DNA of 64,000 nt from Cenococcum geophilum (Eukaryota), in assembly GCA_050273025.1 (NCBI GenBank), contig CP158635.1, positions 28,396,001 through 28,460,000 of the forward strand. Reading direction: 5' to 3'. Both the position numbers and the translations under genes were made by a program. The notes under the pieces are model-generated. The model was not told the origin of the DNA, searched no databases, and was given only the letters and a program-made list of their open reading frames with translations. Below, one piece after another: positions 40,113-52,400 of the stretch (positions are counted from its first letter, which is position 1; every line of letters starts with the position of its first letter).

Positions 40113-43100
40113 TATAAGGGCGCGGAGAGACTTTAGGGAAGATTTAAAGGAATGATATAAATTCTATCTAAATCTAAGGGTATATAGCTCTCGCTAAGAA
40201 TAAGATATTGCGTAAAGAAGAGAAAGGAATAATAAGAGAATTATATAATTAAATAGTTAGGGGCTTGGTGGTCAATGCGTGCGTATATATATACGCGGTC
40301 TTTAACGGACTTTAGTAATTTAATTAATCTGGCAGATTTTGGTTAAAGTGTTAGAATTTATCTATTAAGTATTTTACTAAGACATTCCTATTATAACTGG
40401 GCTAGTCCCGTTATAGTACCCCCCCTTTTTGCCAAAGATCTAAATAATTTAATTTTAGTTAAGACTTATAACTTATCGCGTGTTATGTTTTCGCGTTAGG
40501 TAGTAGTATAGGGTTTTACTAATTCTATCATTAAATAGACTAATTAGGATTTTCTATCCCTAGAATAGAAAATCGCTATTAGCTTAGTTAAGGTGGTAAG
40601 CAGAACTAATATCTTTATAATAGATCTTAGTAAGGCAAACCTAACTAATTAGATAACTTTAACTGGCGGTTAAAGTTCCTTAATATCTTGTATATTACGT
40701 GATCGTATTATAAACATCGTAACGTATTTTAAGTCTTTTTAATTTTAAGCTTCCTATTATCGTATTTCGTGTATTTATATTAGGTGGTAATTATTTACTT
40801 TTATATCGTGTCTATCTAGCTAAAGTAGGCCGCGAAGGATAGTCCTTATAAAATTCTTTTACTAGGGAAGGCGCATTAGTCTTAATCTAGTTATAAGTTT
40901 CCTAAGTTTATATTTTATATCCTTCCCATTTAATAAGAAGTTTAAATTATTTAGATTGTATCTTCTATTATATATCGTTAATTAAGTTAATAAAGTAAGA
41001 ACTATTGCCGTTATTAATAATTACGGAAGGTAGTAGTAGTACTTTACAAGTTATAGGTTTACCCTTTAAGGGTTACAACAAGTTTACGTAAAACGTTAGA
41101 TATATTTTTATCTTAGTTAGTAGTTTAAGTTTATAAGCATATAGGCTTAGTTTTTTCTTAACTTAGTATAAACCTGTAAACTTTTAGTCTAGTTTCTTTA
41201 AAGGTCATTAAGTCTTTAGGTTTCGTGTATTTAGGTAAACTATATTACCTTTCTTAAAGTCCCACGCGGGAGCTTATCCTTTATTTATATGCCATTCCTA
41301 TACTATTTAAGCGTACGCTAATTTACTTTATAATAGTTCCGTTAACTACTTTATTTAATTAGCGAAGTTATACGCGTTAATTAGTTAAATTCTCTTAATT
41401 ATAGGTCCTATTATATTAATTTTAGGTTATAGTTTAAATCTAAGTTAAGGGTCTTATCCGTAGGTTGCGTAGAACGGCATTACGCCTATTAATTTATTTC
41501 TTATATTATTTACAGTAAACTTAGCTAATAGTAGCCATTTCTCCTAGTCGTCTTATAGGTAGGAGTAGTATATTTATAAGTATTGTTCTATAATCGCGTT
41601 TGCAATTTTAGTTTAACTATCTATCTCTAGATAAAATACGGTTAAGAGTTGTATTTATATACTTAATTATTTATATATGGCTTACTAGAAGTTTAAAACG
41701 AACTAGCTTCCATAGTTAAATATTATTAAATTAAGAAGTCCGTATAGCTTAAAGACGTACTTAATAAAATATTTGGCTACTAATATTATATTAATTAAGT
41801 CCATAGAAATTATATATCGCATTTTTATAAGACGGTTAATAACTACTATAACATTTATAAACTTATTACTGTTAGGTAGGTTAACTATAAAGTTAATTAA
41901 GATATCTTGCTATCTTTATATTGGAATTGGCAACGGTTAAAGTACTCCTTGCTTCTTTATATAAGAGGTCTTCCTATATACGTACATTCTATATACTTAA
42001 ACGTATTTTTGTATATAGTCGTGCATTATAGGCCAGTAGTATACTTGTTAGATAATTTTATAGGTTTTTATATAGCTAGGATGCCCTACTATAGGGGAAT
42101 TGTATATAAATTTAAGTATTTTAAATTGTAAGGGTTCGGAATTTAGGATTACTATCTTCTATTAATAGTATAACCGATTATCGCGGATTTCGCATTTAGC
42201 GAGTGTAATATCCTTATATTACCGTTTTTCTATTTAAATTGCTTTTATTATATTTACTATCTAGGGGTTGTTCTTATATTTATATTCTATTAATTTATTA
42301 ATTTCTATATCCCACTTATTAATTTCTAATTTATTTTTATTAAGCTCTATGTTTAGGAATATAGGGCGTAGTTTCTTGAAGCGTTTAGGGGGCAGTAGAA
42401 TTTATAATTAATTTATAATCCGTTTATTAGAGGCGTTTGTAGGTAAGTCCTATAATTATTATATTAATAAGTTAGGCTTTTAGTTAAGTTTACTAGGTTA
42501 GTATATAATCTTAAAGTTAAATTATAAAAGGTATTCGGCCTAACAAATTTAGCGCTATATTAATTGCTTTATAGTTATAAAGTACTATAGGTTTTTATAG
42601 TCTATTAATACGCGTATTAGGAATAATAATTCTTTAAGTTCTTGGCGCTATTATTTAAAGTATCTAATAATTATAAGTAGTTCCTTATTATATATCTTAT
42701 AGTTTAATTTAGTAGGGGTAAGTTTCCGGAAGAGAAAGGCTACTAGGCATAGCTTACCGTTCTTATTATATTATAATAACACCCCTTCTAATATATAATT
42801 AGATGAGTTTGTTTTAATAATATATTTAAGGTCCAGATTAAAGTAGGCAAGAATTAGAGTAGTTATAAAATAATATTTTAGGTCGTTAAAAGCTTGTTTA
42901 TATTTAGTAGTTTATTTAAATCTTATATTCTTCCTTATTAAGTTTACTAATAGCTAAACAATTTTTAAGAAGTAATTAATAAATTAACAGTAGAAATTTA
43001 TAAATCCTAGAAATCCTTAAATGTCTTATACACTACTAGGACTTTCCTAGTTTATAATTGCAGCAATTTTCTTAGGGTTTATTTTAATTCCGTCACGGGA

Positions 43101-46073
43101 TATAATTAGGCTTAAGTACGTAACTTTAGACGTATAGAACTTGCATTTCTTAATATTGTATTATAAGCCCGCGTTTTATAGGTATTTAAGGACTATTTAG
43201 ACGTGCTTCTAATGCTTAGAAAGCGAAGATAAATAGATTAAGATATTATTAATATACGTAGTAACAAATATATTAAGAAATTCGCGAAGCGTATTATTAA
43301 CGTATTACTAATACGTACTAGGACCGTTCTTTACGCTAAATAGCATTACTAGGTATTTAAAAAGTCCCTATTATATACGGAAAGCTATATACTTCTTATC
43401 TCCTTCGCAAATACGGATTTAATTAAAGGCGGCAGCTACGTTAAGCTTTGTAAAGTATTATGCTTTTACTAAGTAGTTAAGCGTTTTTTAAAGTAGAGGA
43501 ATTAAATATTAGTTTTAAATTATAATTATATTTAGGGCTTAATAATTAATATAGAATCTTAAGCCTCCTCTAGGTTTCTTAATAAATAGTATAGGTAAGG
43601 TAAATAGTAATTAACTAGGGCAAATAAATCCTTTCTTTAGGTGCTCTTTAAGGTATTATTATATTATAAGTAGCTCTTCTTATAATATACTGTATAACGG
43701 GCCAAACTTTAGCATTATACTAAGTTTAAGTTTTATCTTAAAATCGTGCTCGTCTTAATGCGGGGGTAGTTGGTTTACAAATTGTCTTTTAAACGTATTA
43801 ATTAGATTATAATATTCTTTAGGTATAAGAGGTTAGGGGTTAATATATTGCTTTAGTTCTAACGCCTTCTTAATATCTTCTAGTGTTATAGTAAAGATCT
43901 TATAGTCTTGTTTTTTTACTAATAAATAAAAGGGTACGGCTTGTATTATATAAATTTTAAGAGGTTTTAATATATTATCTTCGCATTCTTTACCGCGATT
44001 AGCAGTTATAACTTTATTATATTAGTTTAAGGTTTATAGTAAGGGTAATTTATATTATATTAAATTTAAATTTAAATAGTTATATGCGTGTTTATAAGGC
44101 AAGTAGTATTTTAAGTAATAACTTCGGCAGTAGGTTGTATGGAATTTCAGTATTTCTTTAACCCAGCTAATTAAAGGGTTATATTGTTTTAGCTATCCGT
44201 ATCTAAGTATTACCTTATAATACTTTAAGGGTGTTATAAATAGGGAAACGTATTTAAGGTATTTGCCTATCCGCATCTTTATAAGAGCGTAGTGCGTTAG
44301 TTTGCTATATATTAAAGGCTTACTATTAAAGCCTTATAGGCCTTAGGGCTTATTAAGTTTTTTTAAATTTAAGTATTAAGTTTTCGCGTAGTTTATATTA
44401 ATAAAGCCTATATTAGTAGCTCCGCTATCTATAAGGATTTATACTTCCTTCTATTTTTTAAGTATTTAAATTTCACTAAGTATATTAAGGGAGTTATATT
44501 ATATATTAGCGCTAGAAGAGCCTAAATACTTATACTCTTCCACTTCTTATTCTAAGGCGCGACTTAGCCCTAGGATAATTTATTTTCTAAGTTAACTAAA
44601 GGTAAAATGCTTTATAGCGACTAAGTATAATTTATAGAATAAGTATAACTTAAGGACTAAGAGGAGCTACAGCGGACCTTTTTAAAAGGGTAAGTTTGGC
44701 AATCCCTTTAAATATATTACTTTTTTCTATATCCGAAATATTCTCTATTTATGGCTTATATTCTTTATTTATTAGTTTCTAAGGGTGTATAGGATTAGGT
44801 AGTATTAAGGTCTATAGGGTTATATAAAGGGCTTTTAGGTCTTAGAGATAGATCGCGCTTTAGGGTATATACTAGTTTTATAAAGTTTTAAGCGCAAGGT
44901 ATAGTTGGCTTTAGGGAATAAGTCTGTTTATTATATTAAAGGTCCTTATTAATTTGTTAATATATTATAGCAAATTCGGGTAAGTCCTTTAGTAGTTCTC
45001 TACCTATTAACTATGCTCTAATTTTATCTAAAATAGCTTAGCGGAGAGTAGCGACTTTAGCGGCTTTATTTTAATCTAGTTCACTAATAAGGTTTAAAAA
45101 TTCCGAAAAAAAGCTAGTAAAGTCTTAGTTCCGTTATTATAGGTTTTTAAGTTTAGTAATAGCTATATATTTACGGCTGGCGTTATTATATATTTATTCT
45201 AGTAGAGAGATAAAGATTTTAAAATTAACGAAGGTGCCGTTATAAAAGAATGGGTCTATAGTTTATACAGCGTTTTTATTTAAACGGGATATTCTATAGC
45301 TAATCTTGCTGGCTTTAGTAGGGTATTAGTTATAGTTTATTAAAAGTTTAAGATGGAGCTTAGTTATAAAGGGATATAGGTTATTTTAATTTTATTAAAT
45401 ATTAGAGGGTTAGGGAGCTTTTTAGATTTTATAATAGGTATTAGGTTTATTATAGGTATAGGTTAAGCTACCGTTACTAATTTAGGGTTTATATTTAATA
45501 GGTTAGGTTTATATACAGTTATTTTAATTTTATTTATAGGTGTTACTATTAGGGTTTCTAACGCGAGTACTTTAGCGTTATAGAGTTCTTTATATATTGC
45601 TTTAATTAATTACTAATGCTAAGCTTTTAGTATAGTTTGTTACTAGGCTAAGGCATCTATAAAGGACTATTATATTATAGTTATTTGTTCCCTAACTAGG
45701 GCTATAATAGTTGTTATAGCGGATTTAAGTTTATTTGCTATTTTAAGGGTATTAGTATAACGTAACATAGTATAAGGGCGCGGAGAGACTTTAGGGAAGA
45801 TTTAAAGGAATAATATAAATTCTATCTAAATCTAAGGGTATATAGCTCTCGCTAAGAACAAGACGTTATATAAAGAAGAGAAAGGAATAATAAGAGAATT
45901 ATATAATTAAATAGTTAGGGGCTTAGTGGTCGATGCGTGCGTATATACGTACTCGGTCTTTAACGGACTTTGGTAATTTAATTAATTTGGCAGATTTTAG
46001 TTAAAGCGTTAGAATTTATCTGTCGAGTGTTTTACCGAGACATTCCTACTATAACTGGGCTAGTCCCGTTACA
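40113..46073 (-). mobile_element. Ty3/Gypsy chromovirus C, full length
   Basis: 303-bp LTRs at 40113-40415 and 45771-46073; TSD gctat; PPT complement at 40419-40425. Protease ILIDSGAT at about 44415-44440; RT YI(DD)ILIY at about 43232-43257; integrase at about 41450-42100; chromodomain at about 40860-41010. Confidence 0.95.
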
Positions 46074-46462
46074 GCTATTAAATCTAGCTAGTATTCTTAT
46101 CTATATAGTATTTATTAACGAGGTAATTAAGCGCCGTTAATCTTCCCTTTATAACCTTTATAAGCTCTTACTAACGCTATTTTTTCTTATATAGGTAGCA
46201 GTAATAGAACTGCTCCTTACTATTACTGCCTTTTAATATAATATCCTCTCCCTATATCCAGATTAATGATATTCGCTACTTAGTATACTTTAGCGGTTTT
46301 ATTAAGCTTTAATAGCAAATATAGACCTTTCCTTTATAGCGGATCTCCTCTACCTTACTTATTAAATTAATCGCGTTTAAATTAATATTTTATAGCGCTA
46401 GAATAATATTATTGGAGGCAAAAGAGACGTATAGAGGGAAGAGACGCTGTTAAATCCTTAGT

Positions 46463-49400
46463 ATGGCGAATAATACTAAAGGGGAGGTAGTAATAGAGGT
46501 TAGTAGAGGGAGGAATAGCCTTGGTAAGAGCGATATTATAAGTAAAGCTGCGGTATATAGTAGTGGTAAGGAAGCAGCAATAATTAGGCGTCCTTAATTT
46601 AGTGGCTAATACTATATATAAGGGACGCGTAGTTATTACTTACTCCCTTAATTAGCCATTTGCTGCGCACTAACTATATAGCGCCTAACCTCCCTCCTAA
46701 TAAGGTATAGGCTATAGCGCGCTAGGAGCTCTATAAGCTTTAATTTACGCCATACTGGCGTTAAGATTAAAGGATCTAGATCTAAATCTAGCTAGAGCTC
46801 TACCGCTAATCTATATAGACGCCAGTCTAATTCCATTACTAGATCTGCTAATAGCGCTACTAAGACGTATAAGGAAACCGAGTGCGAAGGTATAAGAGGC
46901 CTAGCAGTTGCTAAGGATATAAGCCGCTTAAAGATTAGCAGAGTATAAGTAGTAGACAACCGCACTATAAATCGGACTATAAGCTATGCAGTACATATTG
47001 CCTCTATTCCCTATAGTAAGAGTCTTTACTTCTTCTAAATATAAAGGAAGAGGTATTAATTATAAAGAATTCTGTTAACTTATTAAAAGCCTTAAAGAAA
47101 CTATAGTATAGTAGAGCAACATTATTATAAGCCAGAATAGTATTATTAAGAGTATTAGAAATAAACTAGTAGACATTAAATTAGAATAGCGAAGCCTTAA
47201 AAAGCAAAATGCTAAACTTTAAAAAGCTATCTAGTCTTTATAAGCGTAACTAAATACTCCCTTAGCTCTAATATAATTATAGGTATTAGTAGTAGCTAGT
47301 GGAGTGTCACGGGACGGGGCAGTGGCTACAAGACGTATGTATTCGAGGAGTCTATAAGACGTTGCGCGATCAATCGTAAGGGTCGAGGGCGTAAGGAGGT
47401 GATATACCTACGCGTAGCTAACATAAGCTGTACGCGAGGTGTACGCGAGAGCACGGGGCTCTCCTATAGAGGCCCCTGCGGTAGGGTTCCGTGACACTAC
47501 CCCCCCTCCTATAGAGGCGGAGCTCCGGCGACGCTGTGGTTACTATATATATATAAAAGGGACACTTAGGGTATAGAAAAGAAGAAAAGGGGGGTATTGC
47601 TGAAGGCTTAAAACAACGTTATATGATAAGGCTTGGTATCTAAAAATCCGACCAATTAGATAACTTCAACCACCGGTTAAAGTTCCTGGACATCTTAACG
47701 ATATTCCGGTCACGTGATCGCACTTTACCGCAATCTAACGGTAATCTAACGGCAATTTGCCCCTACGTGGCAATGTATAACGGTTTAACTCTATAAGGGC
47801 TCCCATAAAGGATTAGGTATAAAATCTCTACTTGGGCCCGGTTTCTGTGGGTTCGCGTAGTGAAAGTCGCTAATTAGATCCTTTGCATTTTCAAAGTCTT
47901 CCTATAGTTGCCATTCTGGCTGGTCTATGTCGAATCCTATATATATAGCTCTGTAGTAGAGCCGTCGTCCTCTACCTTTGCCAAAGTATTTAGAGTCGAT
48001 AATTCGTTTAACGGTTCACTCCTCGTGGTTCTCGTCTTCGTTCTCGTCTTAGATTAGTACTAGTAGGGGTTTAGGCTATATCTACCCCGGTAAGGGGTTA
48101 GGCTAGTAAAGGTATAGTAGCTATAGGTAAAATACAGGCCATATCCCGCGGGTGGCTAGGGTAGGTAGGAGCTCTAGCTCGTATGCGGCTCCCCTGTCAA
48201 TAACTCGTTTAATTAGGTAGGGGCCGAGGTTCTTATAATCGAGTGACTTTATAGGCCTCTACGTAGAGATATTGCGTGCATCTAGCTATACCCAGTCGCC
48301 AACACGCATCTCTAGTGGTGGCGTTCTATGACAGTCGGTAAAGTAGGCCTACTTTGCTTAAGCCCAGGCCATTTCTCCCTTGTAGTAGTCGAGTAGATTT
48401 TTCATACGGTCTGTATACTGGTTGGCAAGTAGCATCTTAAGGCGTTTTCTATATGGCAGTTTTTTATTAATAGGTTCTAGTAGTTCTATGCCGGATTAGG
48501 GATAATATCCCTTATTCGCGAAGAACGGGGTAAGTCCTGTAGTAGTTAAGACGTAGTTATTTACTGCGAATTTACCTAGTGGGAGGTAATCCACCCAGTT
48601 ATCTTAACTATAGGCGACTATCTGTCGTAGGTACGCTTTTATGCTAGCATTAGCGTTTTCCGGTTACCTAGCAGTTTTATAGTAGAAGGATATAGACATC
48701 TTAACGGAGATGCCAAGGCGTTAGCAGATTCGTCTCTATACATTAGAGCTAAACTATATGCCTTAGTCGGACATAATTGAGTCAGGTAACCCATGTAATC
48801 GGTAGATTTCGCGAAGGAAGGCGTTAGTGACGTCGCTAACGGCTACGCCTTCGGTTGGGACGTAGTGGCGCTCTTTTATAAGTCAGTATATTATCATAAG
48901 GATGTTCTTATAGGTACGGCTATGTCGCTTATAGGGTAGTAGGTCAACAACGAAATCTATAGCGATATCTGCCCATCGTCGTATAGGTACTAGTAGAGGG
49001 TGTAGTAGTCCTTAGTACTTTATATTAAAGGCCTTAGCGCGCTTATAACCGTAGCAGGCGCCTATAAAGCGTTTAACTAAGTTTATTATTTTAGGCCAGA
49101 AGTAGTATCGGCTAAAAAGCTTATAGGTTCCTTTTCTACCTAGGTGGCCGCTTAATCGGAGGTCGTGGGCCATTTAGATTAGTTGCCGTTGTAAATTTTT
49201 TAAGTTAGGGACGAATAGACGGCCTTTATAATAGAGCCTATTCTTTTTTACTTCTAAGGCTGCTATATTAATCTAGCCTAAGCTTTAGAGTTTAGTCGGC
49301 AGCATATGGGCGCCGGCGGTCTTTGCGGCAATAAGTTAATATAGTAATGGGTTAACAGAGGTGTTATATACCGTAGTAATAAGCTTATTAATTTCGGGAG

Positions 49401-52400
49401 GTAATTCTAGTTCTATAGTGTGGAGTTAAGGTATAGTTGGCTCTATTATAGGTAGCATACCTAGGGCCAAATTCCGTGCTTTTAGGATTATCTGTTGTTG
49501 GAACTGGTTGTGGGGGTCATCTTTAGACTAAGGAAGGTCTTATAAGCGGCGTATTAGGCTATTAGGCTTAGTACCTTATACTCCTAGCCTATATGCGATT
49601 TTAAAGTTAAAACTAGAGAGAAACTCGTTTTAGCGTACTTAGCGTTAGTTTAGCTGTTTTATAGTTATAAAGTACTTAAGGTTGCGATGATCTGTAAGGA
49701 CTTTAGTTGGCTAGTTAGGTTCTGCTAAGAAGAGTTCCGGTTAGAATTCCTTAAACGCTTATATAATTACGAGAAGTTCCTTATTATAGATCTCGTAGTT
49801 ATATTCTTATGGTGTAAGCTTAGATAAATAGAATGCGACTAGGTGAAGGAGACCGTTATTACCCATCTAGGAGAGGATGCCTGCGTTAACGTGGTCTAAG
49901 GAGTTAGTCTTAAGATAGAGTTATCGTCCTGGTATAAAGTAAGCTAGGATAGGTACTTTAGTAAAAGCATCTTTAAGGTCTTAAAACGCCTTCTTGTATT
50001 TAGGCGTCTAAATAAAACGTAGATATGTTTTTCTTCCTTTCGCGGAAAGGCCCTTTGTTTGTATTATTGCTATAAGTAGTACTACAACACCTAAGAAGTT
50101 GTATATAAATTTTTAATAGAAGTTGGCGAAACCAAGGAAAGCTTATACGTCTTTAATGCAGTTAGGGGTTTACTATTTAGTAATTATACATACCTTCTTA
50201 GGGTCCATACGGACACCCTTAGTAGTAATAATTAGTCTAAGGTATTTTACTTCTATGACTAAGAATTCGCACTTCTTTAAATTAATATAAAGTCCTATAT
50301 CCCTAAGGCGCTATAGGACCTTTTAAACGTGCTTAATATACTTAGAAGGGTCATCGCTATAAATAAGTATATCGTCCAGGTACGTAGAGTAGAAGTCATT
50401 AAGGTAGTCCCGTAAGGCGTTATTAATATAGCTTTAGAAGCTGCCTGGGCCGTTATATACGCCAAAGGGCATAATAGTATATTTGAATTGGCTAAAGCGC
50501 GATACAAATGCGGTTTTCTATTTGTCACCTTCTTATATTCGGAGGCGGTTAAAGGCGGCGATAATATTGAGCTTAGTATAGATTTTGGCTTAGCTAAGCC
50601 GCTTAAAAGTCTTACGTATAAGCGGTACGGGGTATTAGTTCTTAATTATAATAGCGTTAAGTCCTCTATAGTTAACGCAGAATTAAATACCTCCTCCTAG
50701 CTTCTTAGTAAGGAGGATAGGGGTGGCTACTAGGGATATGCTGGGGCGAATAAACCCTTTATTAAGGTGTTCGTTGATATACTTTTTAATAACTAGAAGT
50801 TTGTCTTTTAATATTAGGTAGGGTCTCTTATAGGGTAGCGTTTTTCCTTATTTAATATTAATGGTATAGTTATTAGGTTAATATAGGGGGAGTATATCTA
50901 CGCTCTTTTATAAGCATACGTTAATAAAGTTATAGTACCTCTTAGGGAGAAGCTTACGGAGTTCCTTGTTGGTAAGTCCTTTTTTAAGCTTTATAAACTT
51001 CTTAAAGTCTAAAGGTAAAAGTCCGTAGAGTTCTACGGGGGCATCGTTTTCTAGGAGGTTAACTATATCTATCCTATTACTATAGAGGACGTGGTCCTAT
51101 TCTTTATTAAGCTTATATAGTTATAATTAGGAGGCTGCGGTAACGGTCCAGCCTTTTTTACGTGCTATGCGGTAAAAGGCCGCGGCACTTACGTGGTAGC
51201 AGTTGGTTATAGGTAGGGTAATAAGGGGTTCCTTAGGTTGGTATCCTGGGGAGTAGATAAAGGCGGCTAGGCCATGTCCTAGGCAGGTCTCTCTACAGTA
51301 TTTAGAGTTAAAAGTTGCTTCTTTCTTTTTCCAGTTAATGGCGGGGTTGTGTTATTTGAGCTAGTTCATTCTAAGGATAATAGGGTAGTTAGTAAGTAGT
51401 ATAACATAGGCCCAAAGTTCTTCCTAGTACCCATTTATATCTAGGTAGAGTTATGCTATATAGGTAATCTTCTGTATGGTATAACTACCGTTAGCGAGTT
51501 ATAGGGCGCAGGCTTTGGTAAGGGGTAAGGTAGGTAGGTTATAAGTATATACAAATTAGGTATCTATAAATTTATTAATAGCTCCGTAATTAATTATAGA
51601 ACGGCTTTTATATTATTTTTTAGCAGTAGTTCCTATTACGGGTAAAACTATCTGTTTCCGTCTATTTATCTTTACTAAGTTATCTATTAAGCAGGCCGAT
51701 ATATAGATCCCCTTATTATTAGGGCGTCCCAACCTACGACTTAGGGCTAGGACTTAGCGTTTTCCGTTTCCGTATCCAACTCTACCGCTATTACTGCGTC
51801 TTTATCTTATACGGTAGTGGTATATAGCAACGTATTTAGTGTTCGAGGTACTAGGTTAGGTATTAGGCGGCAGCTGCTAAACCTAGCCATTGGGCAGTTT
51901 AGGCTATAGCTATAACAGCCTTCTTAACGACATCTATAGCAACGCTTTAGCTTCTGGAGTAGCTCGTATTCTCCATCTAGTAGCTTCTGCGGGAAGGTTA
52001 GTATAAAAAGGTCAATATTAGGACTAGTAGTGTTACTTAGGGTAGTAGGCATTGGTGGTTTAGTAGGTCCGGAGGGCTTCTATAAAGAGGTCTTTAGGCA
52101 GGGGTTTACAGTAGCAATCTAATTCAGTCGTCGTTTAATTTTCCGTATAGCTACTACCATATTATAAATATTATTATAGTTGTAGCTGGCGGCTGCGTAA
52201 CTAAGGCAATAAGTGACTTTTTTAAGGAGATCTTCCTAGTCTTTAGTATCGTCTCGGGCGAGGGCTCTAGTATATTCCTGGAATTTAATATAGAACTTAT
52301 CAAATAATTTAGTAAAGCTTATCTTTAGGGCACGTAGTTTAGCTCAGTTGGTGGCCAGTAGGTTATAATCGCGGTATATTAGGTTGAGATCGTCAAGGAC

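Larger units (their letters stand above)
24239..46420 (-). mobile_element. hAT DNA transposon 2 in three pieces (24239-26210, 39610-40112, 46079 to about 46420); 5' end not found
   Basis: Dimerization domain PELVRFAL(D)IL(A)IPL(MS)D(ECE)RLFSSAK at about 24815-24897; KIGYF(M)ADNAE rejoined across Gypsy B; BED-finger-like region at about 46100-46260. Candidate terminus cagtaatag at 24239. Confidence 0.8.

Noticed and set aside
40495..40700. Shared module read as a peptide (MSRNFNR.LKLSNW...) or as a hammerhead/hairpin ribozyme
   Set aside because: It is inverted and shortened in Gypsy A and only partial in D and G, which argues against coding. I could not find CUGAUGA/GAAA or hairpin-ribozyme loop consensus even after reversing RIP.
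7309..50700. Remaining short ORF-track calls (7309, 13106, 16710, 24707, 28549, 41907, 50295, 50488)
   Set aside because: Antisense or off-frame shadows of transposon genes.
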